Assembly (NCBI GenBank): GCA_038087875.1
Contig: CM075992.1
Location: 1,428,001-1,492,000 of the forward strand
Length of the DNA stretch: 64,000 bases
From: Malacoraja senta
Taxonomy: Eukaryota
Reading direction: 5' to 3'
Part shown: piece after piece, positions 52,571 to 64,000 of the stretch
How positions within the stretch are numbered: the stretch's first letter is position 1
Layout of the letters: each line of letters starts with the position of its first letter
Notes under the pieces: model-generated
What the model was told of the DNA's origin: nothing
The model's database searches: none
What the model saw: only the letters and a program-made list of their open reading frames with translations
Position numbers and translations under genes: made by a program

Positions 52571-53214
52571 ACAGACACAAAATGCTGGAGTAACTCAGCG
52601 GGACAGGCAGCATCTCTGGAGAGAAGGAACGGGTGACATTTCCGGTCAAGAGGCTTTGAGTCAAGAAGGGTCTCGACCCGAAACGTCAACCATCCCTTCT
52701 CTCCAGAGATGCTGCCTGTCCCGCTGAGTTCCTCCAGCATTTTGCGTCTCTCTTTCAATTTAAAAATAGCATCTGCAGTTCCTTCCCACGCTATGCAGAA
52801 ATACTTTTTGTAAAGTGCTTTGGGACGTTCTGTGGTTAAGAAAAGTTCAGTGGAATCCTTTTATTCTCTCCCCTTACAGGATGTTACAAAACTATTTTCA
52901 CCTCTGCACAATATAAATATTCCACTTTAAGCTTGGCAACATCTCAGATATTTCTATCTTGCGCCTTTTTCATTGTCATAAACAATCTTTTTTAATTAAA
53001 TTGAGTTTTTATCGGGAAATATTCTGTTTCCTTGAGGGGGTTAGCAGAGTAATGGGAGGAAAAGTAAACAAACTTAAGGCTTTTGTGAGCGAGGTATTTT
53101 TTTGGTTTGATTGGCTGATTTTCCACGTCTCTTCATTTCATGATCATTAGCTTCTAACTTTTTTTTTGCTCATCAGCATTCCGATTTGCTGCCCCTTTTC
53201 ACTGTCAGCCATGT

Positions 53215-53660
53215 GGGGCAGCGGTAGAGTTGCTGCCTAACAGCGCCAGAGACCCAGGTTCGATCCTGACTGCGGGGGTGCTGTCTGTACGGAGTTCGCA
53301 CGTTCTCCCCGTGACCTGCGTGGGTTTCCTCCGGGTGCTCCGGTTACCTCCCGCACTCCAAAGACGTGCGGGTTTGCAGGTCGATTGCCTTCTGTAAGTT
53401 GTCCCAAATGGAGAAGGGTTTCGGCCCGAAAAACGTCGTCTATTTCGGGCCGAAACCCTTCTGGAAATAGGCAACGTTTCGGGCCGAAACCCTTCCGGGT
53501 TTCGGCCCGAAACGTTGCCTATTTCCTTCGCTCCATAGATGCTGCTGCACCCGCTGAGTTTCTCCATCACTTTTGCCTCCCTTGGGTAGGATAGAACTGG
53601 TTGGCGCAGATCCTGTGGGCCGAAAGGCCAGTTTCCCCCGTCGTATCTCCCAACTAAACT
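53215..53660 (+). mobile_element. HE1-type SINE with a nested PLE fold-back fragment (~53411-53580)
   Basis: SINE core interrupted by a cassette containing CCCTTCCGGGTTTCGGCCC. Confidence 0.8.
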
Positions 53661-54239
53661 CAACACAATAATGGCTCAATGGGGAATTCATGTTGACCTC
53701 CACAACACTGGTTAGAATTTAAGCTGGTTGAGTTACATAGGGTAAAGGACACAGAAAACTGGCCATTCGGCCCAAGTAGTCCATGCACTACTCACAACTT
53801 CAGGTTCTTGGATGTGAATATCTGTGAAGATCTGTCCTGGGACCTTTAGACTTTGGAGATACAGCATGGAAACAAGCCCTTCGTTCATTAGGGATGATGC
53901 CTGTCCCGCTGAGTTACTCCAGCATTCTGTGTCTCCCTTCGATTTAAACCAGCATCTGCAGTTTTTCCCCACACACATGTAGTGCGAGGTGTTCTGTACA
54001 CCTTCACTTGTCCAGGTGGGTCAATGTAAACAAGCCAGGAAGTATTCCATGATGTTACAAACTCCGCGATCAATACTTTCGTCTGCCAATATCAATGGAA
54101 AAGAGAAACTGCATGCATTGATTACTATTTGAATTGATTCAGTGGCCAAATGTTGAGAACGCTATTTACAGGTCAACTCGGAAAGCAAAAGGTTCCTGTA
54201 ATGACCAGAATTCTATTAGTGTTAAAATAGTTATTTTAA

Positions 54240-54422
54240 TTAGAGGCAGCGTTAATATGTAATCGTTAAAGGAGGACCCCAGCAACTTTGGTAACTGGGT
54301 ATCCGGAAACCTGGATACTTAATATGTAATCGTTATACCAAGTTTGTAGTGGGTTGGACTATGATATGCAGATACCTCTAATAAAAAATTAAAATTAAAA
54401 AAAATTAAAATTAAAAAATTAA
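54240..54422 (+). mobile_element. Short poly(A)-tailed L1-signature insertion
   Basis: 16-bp TSD AAAATAGTTATTTTAA (54224-54239, 54423-54438), TT/AAAA site, AATAAA plus A-rich tail. Confidence 0.8.
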
Positions 54423-54799
54423 AAAATAGTTATTTTAACCGACTGTGTCAACTCAACATCTTCTGTCTGACCAAAGAAATTTCTCCTCGTCTTTGTAAAT
54501 GTACGTCCTTTTATTTTGAGGCTGTGCGCTCTGATCCTAGACTCTTCCACTAGTGGAAACATCCTCCCCACATTCATAAATTTACTTATCAAGGCACTTG
54601 GATTTAAGATTGGAGCCAGAGGGAACCAAAGCACCCAGGAAGAACCCACACATGGTCACAGAGAGATGATGCAGACTTCACACAGACAGCACCTGGGGTT
54701 AGGATTGAACCGGGGGCCACTGGGGCTGTGAAACATCCCAAAGACAGGCAGGTTTGCTGATCCATTATCCTCTGCAAGTTGCCCCCAGTGTGTAGGGAG

Positions 54800-54999
54800 N
54801 NNNNNNNNNNNNNNNNNNNNNNNNNNNNNNNNNNNNNNNNNNNNNNNNNNNNNNNNNNNNNNNNNNNNNNNNNNNNNNNNNNNNNNNNNNNNNNNNNNNN
54901 NNNNNNNNNNNNNNNNNNNNNNNNNNNNNNNNNNNNNNNNNNNNNNNNNNNNNNNNNNNNNNNNNNNNNNNNNNNNNNNNNNNNNNNNNNNNNNNNNNN
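54800..54999. other. Assembly gap (200 N)
   Basis: N run. Confidence 1.
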
Positions 55000-57900
55000 G
55001 TGAAGCCAGTGTCCAGTGACCGGAGAAGCCAGTGTCCAGCGGCCGGAGAAGCCAGTGTCCAGTGGCCGGATAAGCCAGTGTCCAGTGGGCGGAGTAGCCC
55101 GTGTCCAGCGGCCGGAGAAGCCAGTGTCTAGCGGCCGTACAAGCCAGTGTCCAGCGGCTGGAGTAGCCAGTCCAGCGGCCAGAGAAGCCAGTGTCCAGCG
55201 GCCGGAGAAGCCAGTCCAGCGGCCAGAGAAGCCAGTGTACAGCGGCCGGAGAAGCCAGTGTCCAGCGGCCGGAGAAGCCAGTGTACAGCGGCTGGAGTAG
55301 CCAGTGAAGCCAGTGTCCAGCGGCCGGAGAAGCCAGTGTCCAGCGGCCGTAGAAGCCAGTGTCCAGCGGCTGGAGTAGCCAGTGAAGCCAGTGTCCAGTG
55401 GCTGCAGTAGCCAGTGTCCAGCGTCCGGAGAAGCCAGTATCCAGCGACCGGAGAAGCCAGTGTCCAGCGGCCAGTGAAGCCAGTGTCCAGTGACCGGAGA
55501 AGCCAGTGTCCAGCGGCCGGAGAAGCCAGTGTCCAGTGGCCGGATAAGCCAGTGTCCAGTGGCCGGAGTAGCCCGTGTCCAGCGGCCGGAGAAGCCAGTG
55601 TCTAGCGGCCGTACAAGCCAGTGTCCAGCGGCCGGAGCGGCCAGTGACCAGCGGCCAGAGTAGCCAGGGTCTAGCGGTCGGAGAAGCCAGTGTCCAGTGG
55701 CAGCAGTAGCCAATGTCCAGCGGCCGGAGAAGCCAGTATCCAGCGGCCGGAGAAGCCAGTGTCCAGCGGCCAGTGAAGCCAGTTTCCAGCGGCCGGAGAA
55801 GCCAGTGTCCGGTTGCCAAAGAAGCCAGTGTCCAGCTACCGTAACCAGTGTCCAGCGGCCGGAGTAGCCAGTGTTCAGCGGCCGGAGTAGCCAGTGCCCC
55901 GCGGCTGGAGAAGCCAGTGTCCAGTGATCGGTGTAGCCAGTGTCCAGCGGCCGGAGCAGCCAGTGTCCAGCGGCCAGAGTAGCCAGGGTCCAGCGGCCGG
56001 AGAAGCCAGTGTCCGGCGGCCGGAGAAGCCAATGTCCAGTGGCCGGTTAAGCGGCCGGAGAAGCCAGTGTCAAGCGGCTGGAGTAGCCAGTGAAGCCAGT
56101 GTCCAGTGGCCGGAGTAGCCAGTGCCCATCGGCCAGAGTAGCCAGTGTTCAGCGGCCGTAGTAGCCAGTGTCCAGCGGCCGGAGAAGCCAGTGTCCAGCG
56201 GCCGGAGAAGCCAGTCCAGCGGCAAGAGAAGCCAGTGTCCAGCGGCCGGAGAAGCCAGTGTCCAGCGGCCCGAGAAGCCAGTGTCCAGCGGCCGGAGAAG
56301 CCAGTGTCAAGCGGCTGGAGTAGCCAGTGAAGCCAGTGTCCAGCGGCCGGAGAAGCCAGTGTCAAGCGGCTGGAGTAGCCAGTGAAGCCAGTGTCCAGCG
56401 GCCGGAGAAGCCTGTGTCCAGCGGCCGGAGAAGCCAGTGTCCAGCGGCTGGAGTAGCCAGTGAAGCCCGTGTCCAGTGGCTGCAGTAGCCAGTGTCCAGC
56501 GTCCGGAGAAGCCAGTATCCAGCGGCCGGAGAAGCCAGTGTCCAGCGGCCAGTGAAGCCAGTGTCCAGTGGCCGGAGAAGCCAGTGTCCAGCGGCCGGAG
56601 AAGCCAGTGTCCAGCGGCCGGAGAAGCCAGTGTCCAGCGGCTGGAGTAGCCAGTGAAGCCAGTGTCCAGTGGCTGCAGTAGCCAGTGTCCAGCGTCCGGA
56701 GAAGCCAGTATCCAGCGGCCAGTGAAGCCAGTGTCCAGTGGACTGAGAAGCCAGTGTCCAGCGGCCGGAGAAGCCAGTGTCCAGTGGCCGGATAAGCCAG
56801 TGTCAAGTGGCCTGAGTAGCCAGTGTCCAGCGGCCGGAGATGTCAGTGTCCAGCGGCCGGAGAAGCCAGTGTCCAGCGGCCAGAGAAGCCAGTGTCTAGC
56901 GGCCGTACAAGCCAGTGTCCAGCGGCCGGAGCGGCCAGTGTCCAGCGTCCAGAGTAGCTAGGGTCCAGCGGCCAGAGCAGCCAGTGTCCAGCGGCTGGAG
57001 TAGCCAGTGTAGCCGGTGTGCAGCGGCCGGAGAAGCCAGTGTCCAGCGGCCGGAGATTCCAGTCGAGTGGCCGAAGTAGCCAGTGTCCGGCGGCCGGTGA
57101 AGCCAGTGTCCCGCGCCTGGAGTAGCCAGTGTCCAGCGGCCGGAGAAGCCAGTGTCCAGCGGCCAAAAAGCCAGTGTCCAGCGGCTGGAGTAGCCAGTGA
57201 AGCCAGTGCCCAGCTGTCGGAGAAGCCAGTGTCCAGCCGCCAGAGTAGCCAGTGTCCCGCAGCCAGAGTAGCCCGTGTCCAGCGGCCGGAGTAGCCAGTG
57301 TCCGGCGGCCGGAGAAGCCAGTGTCCAGCGGTTGGAGTAGTCAGTGAAGCCAGTGTCCAGCGGCCGGAGTAGCCAGTGTCCAGCGGACGGAGACGCCAGT
57401 GTCTAGCGGCTGGAGTTGCCAGTGTCCAGCGCCCGGTGAAGCCAGTGTCAGGCTTCTCAGCCAGCTGGACACTGGCTTCTCCGGCCACTGGACACTGGCT
57501 ACTCCGGCAACTGGACACTGGCTTTTTCTGCCGCTGGACACTGGCTTCTCCGGCCACTGAACACTTGCTTGTCCTGCCGCTGGACACTGGCTTCTCAGGC
57601 CACTGGACACTGGCTTCTCCGTCCACTGGACACTGGCTTCTCCGGCCACTGGACACTGGCTTCTCCGGCCACTGGACTGGCTACTCCGGCCACTGGACAC
57701 TGGCTTTTCCTGCCGCTGGACACTGGTTTCTCCGACCACTGAACACTTGCTTTTCCTGCCGCTGGACACTGGCTTCTCAGGCCACTGGACATTGGCTTCT
57801 CCGGCCACTGGACACTGGCTTCTCCGGCCACTGGACACTGGCTTCTCCGGCCACTGGACACTGGCTTCTCCGGCCACTGGACACTGGCTTCTCCGGCCAC

Positions 57901-60900
57901 TGGACACTGGCTTTTCCTGCCGTTGGACACTGGATTCTCCGGCCACTGAACACTGGCTTTTCCTGCCGCTGGACACTGGCTTCTCCGGCCACTGGACACT
58001 GGCTTAACAGCCCGCTGGACACTGGCTTCTCCGGCCACTGGACACTGGCTTCTGTGCCCGCTGGCACTGGCTTCTCAGGCCACTGGACACTGGCTTATCA
58101 GGCCACTGAACACTGGCTTTTCCTGCCGCTGGACACTGGCTTCTCCGGCCACTGGACACTGGCGTCTTAGCCCGCTGGACACTGGCTTCTCAGCCCGCTG
58201 GACACTGGCTTCTCCGGACACTGGCTACTCCGGCCACTGGACACTGGCTTTTCCTGCCGCTGGACACTGGCTTCTCCGGCCACTGGACACTTGCTTTTCC
58301 TGCCGCTGGACACTGGCTTCTCAGGCCGCTGGACACTGGCTTCTCCGGACACTGGCTACTCCGGCCACTGGACACTGGCTTTTCCTGCCGCTGGACACTG
58401 GCTTCTCCGGCCACTGGACACTGGCTTCTCCGGCCACTGGACACTGGCTTCTCCGGCCACTGGACACTAGCTTCTCCGGACACTGGACACTGGCTTTTCC
58501 TGCCATTGGACACTGGCTTCTCCGGCCACTGAACACTGGCTTTTCCTGCCGCTGGACACTGTCTTCTCCGGCCACTGGACACTGGCGTCTCAGCCCGCTG
58601 GACACTGTCTTCTCCGGCCACTGGACACTGGCTTCTCCGGCCACTGGACACTGGCTTCTCAGCCCGCTGGACACTGGCTTCTCCGGACACTGGACACTGG
58701 CTACTCCGGCCACTGGACACTGGCTTTTCCTGCCGCTGGACACTGGCTTCTCCGGCCACTGGACACTGGCTTCTCAGCCCGCTGGACACTGGCTTCTCCG
58801 TCCACTGGACACTGGCCTCTCCGACGACTGGACACTGGCTTCTCCGGCCACTGGACACTGGCTTTTCCTTCCGCTGGACACGGGCTTCTCCGACCACTGA
58901 ACACTGGCTTTTCCTGCCGCTGGACACTGGCTTCTCAGGCCACTGGACACTGGCTTCTCCGGCCACTGGACACTGGCTTCTCCGGCCACTGGACACTGGC
59001 TTCTCAGCCCGCTGGACACTGGCTTCTCCGGCCACTGGACACTGGCTACTCCGGCCACTGTACACTGGCTTTTCCTGCCGCTGGACACTGGCTTCTCCGG
59101 CCACTGAACACGTGCTTTTCCTGCCGCTGGACACTGGCTTCTCCGGCCACTGAACACTGGATTTCCTGCCGCTGGACACTGGCTTCTCCGGCCACTGGAC
59201 ACTGGCTTCTCAGCCCGCTGGACACTGGCTTCTCCGGCCACTGGACACTGGCTTCTCCGGCCACTGGACACTGGCTTTTCCTGCCGTTGGAGACTGGCTT
59301 CTCCGGCCACTGAACACTTGCTTTTCCTGCCGCTGGACACTGGCTTCTCCGGCCACTGAACACTGGATTTCCTGCCGCTGGACACTGGCTTCTCCGGCCA
59401 CTGGACACTGGCTTCTCAGCCCGCTGGACACTGGCTTCTCCGGCCACTGGACACTGGCTTCTCAGCCCGCTGGCACTGGCTTCTCAGGCCACTGGACACT
59501 GGCTTCTCCGGCCACTGAACACTGGCTTTCCTGCCGTTGGACACTGGCTTCTCCGGCCACTGGACACTGGCTTCTCAGCCCGCTGGACACTGGCTTCTCC
59601 GGTCACTGGACACTGGCTTCTCCGGTCACTGGACACTGGCTTCTCAGCCCGCTGGCACTGGCTTCTCAGGCCACTGGACACTGGCTTCTCCGGCCACTGG
59701 ACTCTGGCTTCTCCGGCCACTGGACACTGGCTTCTCCGGCCACTGGACACTGGCTTCTCCGGCCACTGGACACTGGCTTTTCCTGCCGTTGGAGACTGGC
59801 TTATCCGGCCACTGAACACTGGTTTTCCTGCCGCTGGACACTGGCTTCACCGGACACGGGACACTGGCTTCTCAGCCCGCTGGACACTGGCTTCTCCGGC
59901 CACTGGACACTGGCTTCTCCGGCCACTGGACACTGGCTTCTCTGCCCGCTGGACACTGGCTTCTCCGGACACTGGACACTGGCTACTCCGGCCACTGGAC
60001 ACTGGCTTTTCCTGCCACTGGACACTGGCTTCTCCGGCCACTGGACACTGGCTTCTCAGCCCGCTGGACACTGGCTTCTCCGTCCACTGGACACTGGCCT
60101 CTCCGACCACTGGACACTTCTTCTCCGGCCACTGGACACTGGCTTTTCCTGCCGCTGGACACTGGCTTCTCCGGCCACTGAACACTGGCTTTTCCTGCCG
60201 CTGGACACTGGCTTCTCAGGCCACTGGACACTGGCTTCTCCGGTCACTGGAAACGGGCTTCTCCGGCCACTGGACACTGGCTTCTCAGCCGCTGGACACT
60301 GGCTTCTCCGGCCACTGGACACTGGCTACTCCGGCCACTGGGCACTGGCTTTTCCTGCCGCTGGACACTGGCTTCTCTGGCAACTGAACACTTGCTTTTC
60401 CTGCCGCTGGACACTGGCTTCTCAGGCCACTGGACACTGGCTTGACCGGCCACTGGACACTGGCTTCTCCGGCCACTGGAAACCGACTTCTCCGGCCACT
60501 GGACACTGGCTTCTCCGGTCACTGGACACTGGCTTTTCCTGCCGCTGGACACTGGCTTCTCCGACCACTGGACACTCGCTTGTTCGGCCACTGGACACTG
60601 GCTTCTCAGCCCGCTGGACACTGTCTTCTCCGGCCACTGGACACTGGCTACTCCGGCCACTGGACACTGGCTTTTCCTGCCACTGGACACTGGCTTCTCC
60701 GGCCACTGAACACTTGCTTTTCCTGCCGCTGGACACTGGCTTCTCAGGCCACTGGACAGTGGCTTCTCCGGCCACTGGACACTGGCTTCTCCGGCCACTG
60801 GACACTGACTTCTCCGGTCACTGGACACGGGCTTCTCCGGCCACTGGACACTCGCTTTTCCTGCCGCTGGACACTGGCTTCTCCGGCCACTGAACACTGG

Positions 60901-62074
60901 CTTTTCCTGCCGCTGGACACTGGCTTCTCAGCCCGCTGGACACTGGCTTCTCCGGACACTGGACACTGGCTACTCCAGCCACTGGACACTGGCTTTTCCT
61001 GCCGCTGGACACTGGCTTCTCAGCCCGCTGGACACTGGCTTCTCCGGACACTGGACACTGGCTACTCCAGCCACTGGACACTGGCTTTTCCTGCCGCTGG
61101 ACACTGGCTTCTCCAGCCACTGAACACTTGCTTTACCTGCCGCTGGACACTGGCTTCTCAGGCCACGGGTCACTGGCTTCTCCGGCCACTGGACACGGGC
61201 TTCTCCGGCCACTGGACACTGGCTTCTCAGCCCGCTGGACACTGGCGTCTCAGCCCGCTGGACACTGGCTTCTCCGACCACTGGCCACTGGCTTTTCCCG
61301 CCGCCGGACACTGGCTTCTCCGGCCACTGGACACTGGCTTTTCCTGCCGCTGGACACTGGCTTCTCCGGTCACTGGACACTGGCTTCTCCGGCCACTGGA
61401 CACTGGCTTCTCAGCCCGCTGGACACTGGCTTCTCCGGCCACTGGCCACTGGCTTTTCCCGCCGCGGGACACGGGCTTCTCCGGCCACTGGACACTGGCT
61501 TCTGCGGACACTGGACACTGGCTTCTCAGCCCGCTGGACACTGGCTTCTCCGGCCACTGGATACTGGCTTCTCTGGCCACGGGACACTGGCTTCTCAGCT
61601 TGCGGGACACTGGCTTCTCCGGCCACTGGACACTGGCTACTCTGACCGCTAGACACTTTCTTCTCTGGCCACTGGACACAGACTTCTCCGGCCACTGGAC
61701 ACTGGCTTCTCCAGCCACTGGACACTGGCTTCTCCAGCCACTGGACACTGGCTTCTCAGCCCGCTGGACACTGGCTTCTCCGGCCACTGGACACTGGCTT
61801 CTCCGGCCACGGGACACTGGCTTCTCCGGCCACGGGACACTGGCTTCTCAGCTTGCTGGACACTGGCTTCTCCGGCCACTGGACACTGGCTACTCCGACC
61901 GCTGGACTCTGTCTTCTCCGGCCGCTGGACACTGTCTTCTCCGGCCGCTGGACAAGGCTTCTCCAGCCAGTGGTCACTTGCTACTACGGCTGCTGGACAC
62001 TGGCTTCTCCGGCTGCTGGACACTGGCTACTCTGACCACTGGACACTGGTTTCTCTGGCCGCTGGACACTGGCT
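55000..62074. repeat. GC-rich 23-bp minisatellite with an orientation switch at 57450/57451
   Basis: Unit CGGAGAAGCCAGTGTCCAGCGGC on + to 57450, then the rc unit CTGGACACTGGCTTCTCCGGCCA to ~62074. Confidence 0.97.
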
Positions 62075-62126
62075 GGAGGGAGAGACAGAGGAGACAGGGG
62101 GAGAGTGACAGAGGCAGGCACCCTAA

Positions 62127-62322
<196 letters not shown>

Positions 62323-62623
62323 CCTCCGACATTCACATCCAAGCCATGAAACTATAAACTAAACAGCAAAGGCTGCAGCACCCACCCACCCACCCACAGA
62401 TCTTGGATCCGACCTGCCTTCGACCTGTGGACCAGGTGTACAGGCCAAACATTGGCAAGTCCCTTGGTCAAGTTCATACATTGTTTCAAAATGAGATCAG
62501 TGTTCTTAGTTGTACACACACACGCGCACATCAAATCCACCCGTCAATTGAACCCCCTCTCATTCAGCCACCCTAGAATCGCGAGCCTCCACACATTCTG
62601 TGTTGCACAAGGGTCATTCAATC

Positions 62624-62796
<173 letters not shown>

Positions 62797-63239
62797 GAGG
62801 GTCCACTCACTCCTCACTTCACTCAGATTCCACAGAATGTCTTTAAATTTTATTTTAAAGTGTCTCCTCGGCCCATCAGTCATCTGGAGTAGACCAGGAG
62901 GTGTCCCTAAGGCTCATCAGGCCTTTCCTGGCCCTCAAGCCTCAGTGTGTGATGATCATAATCATCATAATAATCAAGAGTCAAGTGTTTGATTTGATGA
63001 ATTTATTTTTATTTCATTGGAAGACACACTTTAATACAACTTGGCTCCATTTTCAGAGCAAATGTCTTTGTTTTCCACAGCAGCAGCAGCAGCTGGCGCC
63101 AGGTCCTATATCCTCCTTCATTGTTCCGATCTGTAGAAAAATAAAAAGAGGAAAAAAGTCAAAATATGTCTCCCTCTTGAAGTTTTCCCCCTGTATGTAC
63201 TCACTCAAATGTATTACTGACCCAAAATTGGAAACAGGT

Positions 63240-64000
63240 GTTTAAAGCGTATGAAACATTCCTGACAATATTTAAATCATTATATGATGAACACTGTCCT
63301 TTGAAACAACACAACAAGAAGCAGAAATATATAGGTAGGCCATGGATGACAAAAGGACTACAAAATGCATGCCAAAAAAAAAGAATATCTTGTATAAAGA
63401 ATTCTGAATAGAATTCAGAACTATAGGAGGAAGGAGCAGAAAGTAAATACAAAAGATATAAAAACAAATTGACTAGTATTATGAGGACATGTAAGAAAGA
63501 TTATTATAATAAAATATTAAACGATAATAAAAATAATATCAAGGGCATATGGAATGTGTTAAATAATATTATCAGGAATGGATCAATGAATATAAACTAC
63601 CCTCAGTATTTTGAAGACAATGATACAACTGTAAGCGATATGAATGATGTGGTTATTGGGTTTAACACATTTGTTGTAAGTGTGGGACCAAAACTGGCAG
63701 ATGAAATCGATAATCCACAGTCAGAAGAAGGAGAGGGGAAGGAAGGTTGTGGATTTGTTAGACAGCAACCCAAACTCAATGTTTTTGAAAGCAGCTGATG
63801 AAAAGGAGATTATTGACATTGTTAGTAATTGTAAGAATAAAAGGGGTCTACAGACTGGAATGCCACATTGATATGGTTTTAATCAAGGTAGACATTGGTG
63901 TAATTGTAAAACCCTATATTAACTTATATTTGCAATTTATCTTTCAAAACTGGTGTATTTACATGTAAAATGAAAACTGCCAAAGTCATCCCACTATACA
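63240..64000 (+). pseudogene. Degraded AT-rich CR1-group (Crack/L2-like) LINE ORF2 linker leading into RT; runs off the window
   Basis: Frameshifted pieces LYDEHCP, RPWMTKGL, KKDYY...NKNNIKGIWNVLN, FVVSVGPKLA, SMFL...EI-DIV, TGVF...KTAKVIPLY. Confidence 0.75.

Noticed and set aside
63060..63110. Strong splice-acceptor-like TGTCTTTGTTTTCCACAG followed by (CAG)4
   Set aside because: No convincing donor or recognisable peptide; similar isolated signals near 25549, 41230-41275 (-) and 52879 could not be linked into a gene without RNA data.

Overview
Repeat-dense, apparently non-coding (intronic or intergenic) vertebrate DNA. The repeat set (tRNA-headed HE1/V-SINE-type SINEs, HER1-like CR1 LINEs with microsatellite tails, Penelope-like 3' ends) points to a cartilaginous fish, probably a skate or ray. 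I could not support any host exon. Every long ORF is either retrotransposon RT/endonuclease debris (CR1, Rex1/Babar, Tx1, a divergent CR1-group LINE) or an artefact of simple or satellite repeats. Also present: five PIF/Harbinger-like MITEs, a non-autonomous Helitron, two L1-signature insertions, a ~2 kb (CA)n tract, a 200-N gap and a ~7 kb 23-bp minisatellite that flips orientation at ~57450. The most interesting signals are small ribozyme-bearing retroposons. (1) A ~135-bp (GAA)n-tailed element whose first 54 nt fold by eye into a minimal HDV-like ribozyme, with the predicted cleavage site abutting the target-site duplication. (2) Penelope-derived minimal hammerhead-like motifs that spread as TSD-flanked fold-back cassettes and as a young 66-bp tandem cassette found inside older, diverged copies of the same family. 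Family names are by-eye assignments and boundaries are approximate unless a TSD is quoted.
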